Part shown: piece by piece, positions 55,639-64,000 of the stretch
Numbering within the stretch: the stretch's first letter is position 1
Layout of the letters: every line of letters starts with the position of its first letter
Source of the DNA: Terriglobia bacterium
GTDB lineage: Bacteria; Acidobacteriota; Terriglobia; UBA7540; JAPUME01
Direction of reading: 5' to 3'
Assembly: GCA_965237895.1 (NCBI GenBank)
Contig: CBDEGR010000002.1
Location: 1,950,796-2,014,795 of the forward strand
DNA length: 64,000 nt
The notes under the pieces: model-generated
Database searches by the model: none
Seen by the model: only the letters and a program-made list of their open reading frames with translations
What the model was told of the DNA's origin: nothing
Program-made: the position numbers and the translations under genes

Positions 55639-56608
55639 GCGACGGCCTGGAGTTGCTCAAAGCATTCCTGCCCGGCCTGGAAGCCGTGCTGGAGGACCCG
55701 GAAGTGAGCGAGATAATGATCAACGGCCCGCACAACGTCTGGATCGAAGGGCATGGAAAGCTCTATTCCCACGAGGCGCCGTTGCTGACCGCCTCAGCTC
55801 TGAATCGGGCCGCGATCCATATCGCGCGGCCTCTCGGTCTGGACCCGGCCACGGCTCCCATCGTCGATGCCCGCCTGGAGGACGGCTCGCGGGTTGCGAT
55901 CTGCGTTCCGCCCGCCAGCCCGAAGGTGGCGATCACCGTGCGGCGGTTTGGCAAACGGGCATTCTCGGCGGGTGACCTGGTAGAACAAGGCGCACTACCC
56001 AAGAATGTGAAGGAGACGGCGGAGCGGATGTTAATGACCCGCCGCAACATCCTGGTTTCGGGAGGGACCGGATCAGGCAAGACCACGCTGCTGAACGCGC
56101 TCATTGAATTGCTACCCGACGACGAGCGCATCGTCGCCATCGAGGACACCTTGGACTTCGCATCGAGCACTCCAATTGCGTCCGCTTCGAGGCTCGCGGG
56201 CTGGCAACCGGGGCGGTGACGATCCGGGACCTGGTGCGCCATGCCTTGCGTCACCGCCCGGATCACATCGTCGTGGGCGAGGTGCGCGGCGGGGAGGCCG
56301 CTGATCTGCTGCAGGCCCTCAACACCGGACACGGCGGCTCGCTCACCACCGTACACGCCAACAACGCCGAGAGCGCCTTGTCACGGCTCGCCAGTTGCGC
56401 CATGCAGGGAGGCGGGGAGCTGCCGTGGGAGGTCACCTGCCGGGGCGTGGTGGACGGCATTGCGATGGTGATTCACATGACCCGGCGCGAGGGACGGCGG
56501 TTTGTGGAGGAAGCCTTGCGCGTCCAGGGTTACGACGCGCCACAGAACCGCTGGCTCATCGAGCCGATCTGGAGGCAACACGATGAGGGAGGGAAAGATG
56601 AGTCTTGA
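55635..56608 (+). pseudogene. VirB11/CpaF-family ATPase of element B (frameshift ~56155)
   Basis: SEIMING, DARLEDGSR, GGTGSGKTT, RHRPDHIVVGEVRG, NTGHGGSLTTVHAN. Confidence 0.88.
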
Positions 56609-56819
56609 CGGAGAAGCAACAGATGCCCCGATCACGGTGAAGGACGCAGCCCGTTTCTTGGGCGTCAGCCCCTCGTTGGTGTATGCTTACGTGGAGCGAA
56701 AGCAGATTCCCCATTACCGCATGATGGGCCGCTCGATCCGATTCCGACTGTCGGAACTGGTTGAGTGGCGCCAGCAATTTCATGTGCATGGAGGAATCGA
56801 TGAACAACAAGATAGGTAG
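56598..56819 (+). CDS. Excisionase-like HTH protein (element B)
   Basis: ITVKDAARFLGVSPSLVY...IPHYRMMGRSIRF; overlaps the integrase start. Confidence 0.85.
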   Translation: MSLDGEATDAPITVKDAARFLGVSPSLVYAYVERKQIPHYRMMGRSIRFRLSELVEWRQQFHVHGGIDEQQDR

Positions 56820-57963
56820 ACCCAGAAATACATCGGGTAGCCTGTACTCCCGACGTGATTCACGCGTCTGGTGGATGAGCTACCGGGATCACAACGGAAA
56901 GTTCAGACAGGAATCGACAGGTGAGAGGGAAAGAGGCGAAGCCGAGAAGGTGATGCGTAAACGGTTGGTGGCTCGCGATGAGGGGCTGCTGCCGAGCGCC
57001 GCGCCGGACGGTGGGATCAGCTTTAACCAGTGGGCGGATTGGTTCCTTGCGAACCGATCCCAACCGCCCTTCCGGAGCGAGCAGACCCATCGGCACAACC
57101 TCGGCGCGCTGAAGTTCCTGAGGCCACGGTTCGGCAAGAACAAACTCTCGGACATCACAGTGGAAGGGATCGAATCGTATCTGATGACGAGACTAAACAC
57201 AGGCAAGCGGGTGCATACCAAGTTGGGGCTGCAACTTCGCGGCCGGCTCAAACCGGCCACCGTGCATCAGGAGTTTCGCATCCTGCGGCGCATCCTGAAC
57301 GTGGCGGTGAAGAAGCGGCGGCTGGCGGTCAATCCGTGCGTCAGCGTGGAGTTTCCGGTGCCGTTGGCGGGCACGACGCGCAAGCCGCACTATCTGAGTG
57401 CCTCGGAGCAGGTACGGCTGGAAGCCTGCGCACCGGTGTACTTGCGCAACATCATCGTGATCATGGTGGAGATGGGGCTGCGGCCCTATCGGGAGTTGAT
57501 CCCGATGCGAAAGGAACAGGTGGATCTGCAGAACGGGATCGTGCATCTGCCGGATTCCAAGACGGTGAACGGCATCGCGGACATGCCGATGACGGACCGA
57601 GTGCGCCAAGCGTTCGCCTCGCAGATGAAGCAGAGCGGCGATTCCAACTACTTGTTCCCAAGCCCGCAGATGGGATCAAGCAAGCCGCACATTACGACGG
57701 TGCACAAAGTGTGGGACCGGACACTCCAGCGCGCCGGGCTGCCCCATTTTTCGCTGTACGAGTTGCGGCACACGTTTGCAACCCGGCTCAGCGCCGGGGG
57801 AGTGGCGGATCATTTCGTGACGCAGATGCTCAGACAGGGTGATTCGCAGGTGTTCAAGCGTTACAGCCAGGCGAAGCTCACCATGATGCGGGAAGCGCTG
57901 TCCCAGCTCGACCGGCAGGCGAACGAGCACGGCGCGACTTCCTTTACGGCGCTGGCCGGATAG
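56800..57963 (+). CDS. Intact tyrosine integrase B (387 aa)
   Basis: GGAGG RBS; arm-binding-like N-terminus; GLRPYREL, SKT, YELRHTFATR, FKRY. Confidence 0.92.
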   Translation: MNNKIGRPRNTSGSLYSRRDSRVWWMSYRDHNGKFRQESTGERERGEAEKVMRKRLVARDEGLLPSAAPDGGISFNQWADWFLANRSQPPFRSEQTHRHNLGALKFLRPRFGKNKLSDITVEGIESYLMTRLNTGKRVHTKLGLQLRGRLKPATVHQEFRILRRILNVAVKKRRLAVNPCVSVEFPVPLAGTTRKPHYLSASEQVRLEACAPVYLRNIIVIMVEMGLRPYRELIPMRKEQVDLQNGIVHLPDSKTVNGIADMPMTDRVRQAFASQMKQSGDSNYLFPSPQMGSSKPHITTVHKVWDRTLQRAGLPHFSLYELRHTFATRLSAGGVADHFVTQMLRQGDSQVFKRYSQAKLTMMREALSQLDRQANEHGATSFTALAG

Positions 57964-58049
57964 GGCCAGTTTTCTGACGGTTTCTTTACGATTCCGTCTT
58001 TCGGCAATGAGAGGGAAGGCAGACGGGTGCTGAAAACAAATAAGTTAAA

Positions 58050-58094
58050 TGGAGACCCAGGCCGAATTCGAACCGGCGACCCGCTGCTTGCGCA
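58050..58094 (-). other. att site of element B carrying a tRNA 3'-half
   Basis: TGCGCAA-GCAGC-GGGTC-GCCGG-TTCGAAT-TCGGC-CTGGGTC-T-CCA on the minus strand; no 5' half. Confidence 0.85.
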
Positions 58095-58248
58095 TCACCT
58101 TCTCGGCTTCGCCTTTCTCCTTTCGGCCTGTCGACTCCTGCCTGAACTTTCCGTTGTGGTCCCGGTAGCTCATCCACCAGACGCGTGAATCACGTCGGGA
58201 GTACAGGCTACCGGAGGTATTTCTGGGTCTACCTATCTTGTTGTTCAT
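58086..58248 (-). pseudogene. Tyrosine integrase A, N-terminal fragment
   Basis: MNNKIGRPRNTSGSLYSRRDSRVWW...KVMRK matches the integrase B N-terminus and rejoins 44489 in frame. Confidence 0.9.
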
Positions 58249-58450
58249 CGATTCCTCCATTGACATGAAATTGTTGACGCCACTCGGCCAGCTCCGACAA
58301 TCGGAAGCGGATCGAGCGGCCCATCATGCGGTAATGGGGAATCTGCTTTCGCTCGACGTAAGCATACACCAGCGAGGGGCTGACACCCAAGAAACGGGCT
58401 GCGTCCTTCACCGTGATCGGGGCATCTGTTGCTTCTCCGTCAAGACTCAT
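58229..58450 (-). CDS. Excisionase-like HTH protein (element A)
   Basis: Near-identical paralog of 56598-56819. Confidence 0.85.
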   Translation of the reverse strand: MSLDGEATDAPITVKDAARFLGVSPSLVYAYVERKQIPHYRMMGRSIRFRLSELAEWRQQFHVNGGIDEQQDR

Positions 58451-59307
58451 CTTTCCCTCCCTCATGGTGTTGCCTCCAGATCGGCTCGATGAGCCAGCGG
58501 TTCTGTGGCGCGTCGTAACCCTGGACGCGCAAGGCTTCCTCCACAAACCGCCGTCCCTCGCGCCGGGTCATGTGAATCACCATCGCAATGCCGTCCACCA
58601 CGCCCCGGCAGGTAACCTCCCAGGGCAGCTCCCCGCCGCCCTGCATGGCGCAACTGGCGAGCCGCGACAAGGCGCTCTCGGCGTTGTTGGCGTGTACGGT
58701 GGTGAGCGAGCCGCCATGTCCGGTGTTGAGGGCTTGCGGCAGGTCCGCCGCTTCTCCTCCTCGCACCTCGCCCACTACGATATGATCCGGACGGTGACGC
58801 AGGGCATGGCGCACCAAGTCCCGGATCGTCACCGCCCCGATTGCAAGCCCGCGAGCCTCGAAACGAACGCAATTGGAGTGCTCGATGCGCAACTCCAGGG
58901 TGTCCTCGATGGCGACGATGCGCTCGTCGTCGGGCAGCAATTCAATGAGCGCGTTGAGCAGCGTGGTCTTGCCTGATCCGGTGCCTCCTGAAACCAGGAT
59001 GTTCCGGCGGGCAAATAACACCCGCTCCGCCGCTTGCCGTACAGTCTCGGGAAGGGCGCCTTGTTCTACCAGGTCCGCCGCCGAGAATGCCCGTTTACCA
59101 AAGCGCCGCACGGTGATCGCTACCTTCGGGCTCGCCGGCGGAACACAGATCGCAACCCGCGAGCCGTCCTCCAGGCGGGCATCGACGATGGGAGCCGTGG
59201 CCGGGTCCAGGCCGAGAGGCCGCGCGATATGGATAGCGGCCCGATTCAGAGCTGAGACGGTCAGCAACGGAGCCTCGTGGGAATAGAGCTTTCCATGTCC
59301 CTCGACC
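58440..59307 (-). pseudogene. VirB11/CpaF-family ATPase of element A, 5'-truncated by IS3
   Basis: Paralog of 55635-56608; homology ends at the IS left IR. Confidence 0.88.
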
Positions 59308-60567
59308 TGACCTGACCCCCTCAAACCGGTCCAGTTCTAATGTTAGAGTTGGACCTGGAATAGGGAGGTCAGGATGGTCAAGAGGAAGCATTCGATCGAA
59401 CAGATTATCGGTAAACTTCGAGAGACCGAAGTGGAACTTGCCCAGGGTCGCAGCGTAGCCGAGGTGTGCCGGTCGTTGGGGGTGACCGAGCAGACCTATT
59501 ACCGCTGGCGAAAGGAGTACGGCGGTCTAAAGATGGATTAGGCCAAGCGGTTGAAGGTCCTCGAGCAGGAGAACACTCGCTTGAGGAGGGCGGTTGCAGA
59601 CCTGACCTTGGACAAGCAGATTCTGCAGGAGGTCACAAGGGGAAACGGCTAAGCCCGGCGCGTCGCCGGCAGTGGGCGGCGCATATCTGTAAGGCGTTGG
59701 GTGTCTCGGAACGCCGGGCTTGTCGAGTGCTCAGCCAACCCCGGTCCACCCAGCGCCATCGATGCATCGCTGCTCCCGACGAGGATGCCCTGACGAGGGC
59801 CATCGTCACCCTGGCCGGTCGGTTTGGTCGCTATGGCTATCGTCGGGTCACGGCCTTGCTGCGGCGAGCCGGCTGGAGGGTCAACCATAAGAGAGTGGAG
59901 CGCATCTGGAGGCGGGAGGGGTTGAGAGTGCCGCAGAAACAGCCGAAGCGTGGACGCCTTTGGCTCAACGACGGATCGTGCGTTCGTCTGCGCCCCTGCA
60001 GTCCGAACCACGTCTGGGCTTACGCCTTCGTCCAAGCCCGCACTCACGACGGGAGGGCTTTCCGGTTGTTGACGGTCATCGATGAGTACACTCGGGAATG
60101 TCTGGCTATCCAGGTGGCCCGCCAGATTCGATCCGACGATGTCGTGCAGCTACTGGCCGATCTGTTCGTTCTCCGAGGTCCGCCCGAGCACCTTCGCTCG
60201 GATAATGGCCCGGAGTTCTGCGCCCAAGCTCTACGAGAGTGGCTGGGGCGAATCGGAGTGAAGACGCTCTACATCCAACCCGGGAGTCCCTGGGAGAACG
60301 GCTACAACGAGAGCTTTAATGGGAAGCTCCGAGACGAGTTGCTCGACCGGGAGATCTTCTACACCTTGCAGGAAGCGAAGGTGTTAATCGAGCAGTGGAG
60401 GCGACACTACAACAGGGTTCGACCTCACAGTGCTCTTGGTTATCGTCCACCGGCACCGGAGGCCATGGAAATCCCGCCGCTGCTCGGGAGGCAGCTGCCT
60501 CCCGACCTAGGGACAGAATTACCGCTGAACTAACATACGAGTTGGTACAATCACTGGGGGCAGGTCA
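59308..60567 (+). mobile_element. IS3-family element, copy 2 (orfA nonsense TAG at 59538; orfB WAYAF instead of WAYDF)
   Basis: Near-identical to copy 1 without the IS1380; same IRs; no target duplication. Confidence 0.93.
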
Positions 60568-62543
60568 CCCTCCTCCCCCGCTTTGCCTACGTGGCCAACT
60601 CAGAGGACGACACCCTATCCATTTACACCATCGAGGCCGAAACTGGTTTGATGCTCCCGAACGGGTACGTGAACGCAGGCGACGGTCCTGCTTCGGTGAC
60701 GATTGATCCCTCCAACCGGTTCGTCTATGCGGCGAATACCAATTCGAACAACGTCTCCGTCTACACGATTGACGCCGCCACCGGGAATTTGACGCTGGTG
60801 GAGACCGAGGCGGCCGGAACCGGCCCTACCTCCGTCACGGTCGATCCCTCCGGCCAATTCGCCTATGCCGCCAACTTCACCTCTAACGACGTCTCCGTTT
60901 ACACGATTGACGCCGCCAGCGGCGCGCTGACTCTGGTGGAGACCGAGGCGGCCGGGACCGGCCCTACCTCCGTCACGGTCGACCCCTCCGGCCAATTCGC
61001 CTATGCCGCCAATTTCAACTCCAACGACGTCTCCATCTACACGATTAACACTGCCACCGGCGCGCTGAGTCCGACGGGACCCGTTGCCGCCGGAGAGGGC
61101 CCCGAGTCCGTTGCCATCGACCCCTCCGGAAAATTCGCCTATGCCGCAAATTTCACCTCCGATGACATCTCGGTCTATACGATTGACACCGCCACCGGCG
61201 CGTTAACCCCAGCCGGGACCGTTGCGGCCGGGACAGGCCCCATCTCCGTCACGGTCCACCCGACCGGCCAATTCGCCTATGCCGCCAACTTCACCTCCAA
61301 CGACGTCTCCGTTTACACGATTGACGCCGCCAGCGGCGCGCTGAGTCCGACGGAGCCCGTTGCCGCCGGAGAAGGCCCTGAGTCCCTCGCCATCGACCCT
61401 TCCGAAGAGTTCGTCATAGTCGCCAACAGCGTTTCTTTCGATGTTTCCTTCTACACGATTGACCCCGCCACCGGAAACTTGACCCTTCCCCGTACCCTGC
61501 GGGCCAGGTTCAATCCCTCTTCCGTTGCCCTGAGCGGGAGTACGACTGCCTTTGTCCAAACTCCGAAGTTCGCCTATGTCGCCAATTCCGGTTCCAACGA
61601 CATTTCCGCCTTTACGATTGACGCCGCCACCGGCGCGCTGACTCTGGTGGAAACCGAGGCGGCGGGAACCACTCCCCGCTCCGTAGCCGTGGGACCCTTC
61701 GGACGGTTCGCATATGTGGCCAATTCCGGTTCCAACAACGTCTCCGCCTACACGATTGATGCCGCCACCGGCGCGTTAACCCCAGCCGGAACCGTTGCGG
61801 CGGGAACCGCTCCGATCTCCGTCGAGGTCGATCCCTCCGGCCGGTTCGTCTACCTCGCCAATTCCGGTTCCAACGACGTCTCTGCCTTTACAATTAACCC
61901 CGCCACCGGAGCGCTGACCGCAGCCGGGACAGTGGCCGCCGGAACCCTTCCTCGCTTCATCCTTGTCGAACCCTCCGGCCGGTTCCTCTACACGGCAAAC
62001 TTCAATTCCACTAATGTCTCCGTCTATACGATTGATTCCATCACCGGAGCACTAACCTCGGTCGAAGCCTTTGCCCCCGGTACGGACTCCCGCTCGCTCA
62101 CCCTCGCCCCTTCCGGAAAGTTCCTCTATGTGGCCAATTGGTTTTCCAACAATATCCGCGCCTACAAGATCGATGCGCCCACAGGAATTTTGACGTTATC
62201 GGGGCTCTCCACCCTCGGAGGGGCATCTCGTCCGATCTCCATGACAATCGATCCTTTCGGCCTGTTCCTCTATTCGGCAAACTTCGGTTCAAACGACGTC
62301 ATCTCCTTCAACGCAGACAACTCCACGGGCACTCTATCCTTCAATGGGACCTTCCCCGCAGGGAACAACCCCACCTCCATAACGATGGGGCGCTCCGGCC
62401 TGTTCGTCTATGTGGCGAACTTCGGTTCGAACGACGTCTCCGTCTTCTCGATTACGGAAACTTCAGGCGATCTGACCTTGGTGGAAACCGTGGCTGCCGG
62501 AACAGACCCCAGGTCGATTACCACGACCGGGACGATTCAGTAG
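60568..62543 (+). CDS. Lactonase-like double beta-propeller repeat protein, 5'-truncated by IS3
   Basis: ~14 repeats of ~46 aa (P.SV.VDPSG.FAYAANF.SNDVSVYTID..TG.L); frame open back to the IS end (PPRFAYVAN). Confidence 0.85.
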
Positions 62544-62579
62544 CGCCCAACCCACAGTAAGGGCCACAGCAAAGGCCGC

Positions 62580-62834
62580 CGCAGGGAGCGGGGAAGAGAG
62601 CCCTGATCGTCGGCTGCGGATTGCCGGGTTCGTCCGGCCGGGAGGAACGCTTGCGGGTTCTCACGCGCTTGGCCGGGATGCAGCGGACGCTCCCGGAGAG
62701 CTGCCCTGGCCGCTGACCAGAGACGACCTGAACGCCTTCGTGCAATAGGGCTTTACAGAAGAGACGAAATTCCTGGATTATCTCGACCACGAAACCCCGT
62801 CGGCCCGAAGATTTCGTGCCGAATACCTGGCTTG
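62580..62834 (+). pseudogene. Remnant of a class I SAM-dependent methyltransferase (TPMT-like)
   Basis: Fragments GKRALIVGCGL and ELPWPLTRDDL...RRFRAEY with a stop and an apparent deletion. Confidence 0.45.
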
Positions 62835-63016
62835 AAGCCCGCCGGCCGCGCCCCGCCTCCTTCGGCGTCACCAGCCTTGACATCTCCCTTAACCCCCGCT
62901 AAGTTATTGTATATACGAGTGCTTTGGTTTTTTGCATTCGATTCGCACCACAGAACTTTTCGCGATGCCTCGACACTGCCGACCAGGCTGCTTGCGTGCC
63001 GGATGTGGAGGTCAGG

Positions 63017-64000
63017 GTGTGTTTGTTGATTGACGTCGGAAAAACATACGCGCAACACGAAATCCTCCTCGTCGGCGGAAACGGATTTCTCGGCAAGGTC
63101 ATTCTGGGACTCCTGCTGGACCGCTTCCCGAATCTGAAACGGATTCATCTTCTGCTGCGGGCGGGCGGCAACCTTACCTCGCGGGAGCGCTTTCAGGTGC
63201 AAGTACTCCAGTCCCCGGCCCTGGTCCCGGTTGTAGGAAAGCACGGCCTGGAGTGGATCGAACGAAAAGTTGCCGTCTGGCCGGGGGATATTGTGCAGAC
63301 CTCCTGCGGGCTCAGCTCCAAGAACTTGAAAAAACTGGCCGGGCGGGTAGACCTCATCATCAACTGCGCCGCACTGGTCGACTTCTTTCCTCCGCTCGAC
63401 GATTCCTTCCGCTCGAACGTGGACGGGGTGGAAAATCTGATCCTTCTGGCGAAGCAGTTTTCCTCGAAGCTGCTTCACGTCTCCACCTGTTACGTCTGCG
63501 GCGAAGCCGACGGCTTGATTGAAGAGACCGAACCGATTCGCGGTTTTTATCCCCGCAAAGAAGGTCCCGAAGACAAAACCTTCGATCACACGCAGGAACT
63601 CCGCACCTGCCGCGAGCGGATCGATCAAATTCGCGAATCCGATCAGGCAAACGACGGCGCCGGTAACGGAAAAAACAGCCCTACGGTTCGATTGACCGTG
63701 GAAGGCCCGGCGGAGGAAGTGGCGGCGCGGGTGAGGACTCTCGCCGGTGTTCATGAAGTGGAGCAGAAGGGGCAATTCGACGGCACGGTGCTTTTGGAAG
63801 TCCGTTCGGAAAAGGGGCGAGACCTCCGCCAGGAGTTGACAAAAACCATTGTCGAGGCCGGCTGGGGATTATTGGAACTCAACTTGGCCGGCATGAGCCT
63901 GGAGGTAAAAACCCAACGCTCCAAAGAGACGGCGGAGCGGCTGGTGGAGTTCGGCCGCCGTCGCGCCGGGCATTGGGGTTGGGTCAACACCTACACCTTC
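63017..64000 (+). CDS. Fatty acyl-CoA reductase / NAD_binding_4 SDR protein (runs off the window end)
   Basis: GGAGG RBS; GGNGFLGKV, IINCAALVDF, LHVSTCYV, WGWVNTYTF; absent from the ORF track because there is no stop. Confidence 0.85.
   Translation, partial: MCLLIDVGKTYAQHEILLVGGNGFLGKVILGLLLDRFPNLKRIHLLLRAGGNLTSRERFQVQVLQSPALVPVVGKHGLEWIERKVAVWPGDIVQTSCGLSSKNLKKLAGRVDLIINCAALVDFFPPLDDSFRSNVDGVENLILLAKQFSSKLLHVSTCYVCGEADGLIEETEPIRGFYPRKEGPEDKTFDHTQELRTCRERIDQIRESDQANDGAGNGKNSPTVRLTVEGPAEEVAARVRTLAGVHEVEQKGQFDGTVLLEVRSEKGRDLRQELTKTIVEAGWGLLELNLAGMSLEVKTQRSKETAERLVEFGRRRAGHWGWVNTYTF

Noticed and set aside
58050-58094. Functional or split tRNA gene
   Set aside because: No 5' half or D-arm is present in the window and the loop lacks U33.
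55700-59307. Inverted duplication as an assembly artefact
   Set aside because: The copies differ at many, mostly synonymous, positions and meet at a precise att-like junction.
60591-62543. CRISPR array or DGR-like repeats
   Set aside because: The repeats are in-frame 138-bp coding blades with no spacers, and no cas or reverse transcriptase genes are present.
62753-63775. 340-aa minus-strand ORF and similar long antisense ORFs throughout the window
   Set aside because: These are shadow ORFs opposite well-supported genes in GC-rich DNA and show no recognisable motifs.

Overview
This looks like an Acidobacteriota-like bacterial chromosome segment; the taxon is inferred from gene style (fused lptF/G, DUF1844, TatA form). 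Bases 1-43.3 kb are mostly housekeeping: dapF, mtnP, mce/meaB, ltaE, hemW, bshC, ppdK, glyQS-recO, mazG, ribF, ispG-rseP-dxr-cdsA-uppS, metG, larC, a sirtuin. From tRNA-Lys (43318-43394) there is a nested mobile region. A resident integrative element (A) sits at tRNA-Lys, and its tyrosine integrase gene is split by a 13.6-kb sibling element (B, 44481-58094) inserted in the opposite orientation. B is bounded by a 9-bp direct repeat and arm-like repeats and carries a tRNA 3'-half in its att site. B has an intact integrase whose copy of the target site differs by two synonymous changes. It also carries a decayed conjugation module, katG, tRNA-Arg(TCT), two IS3 elements and an IS1380. A third IS3 truncates element A and a repetitive beta-propeller gene. 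The window ends in a fatty acyl-CoA reductase with an apparent inserted domain. Several frameshifts lie in homopolymer runs and may be sequencing errors. All calls come from reading the sequence by eye; no searches were run.
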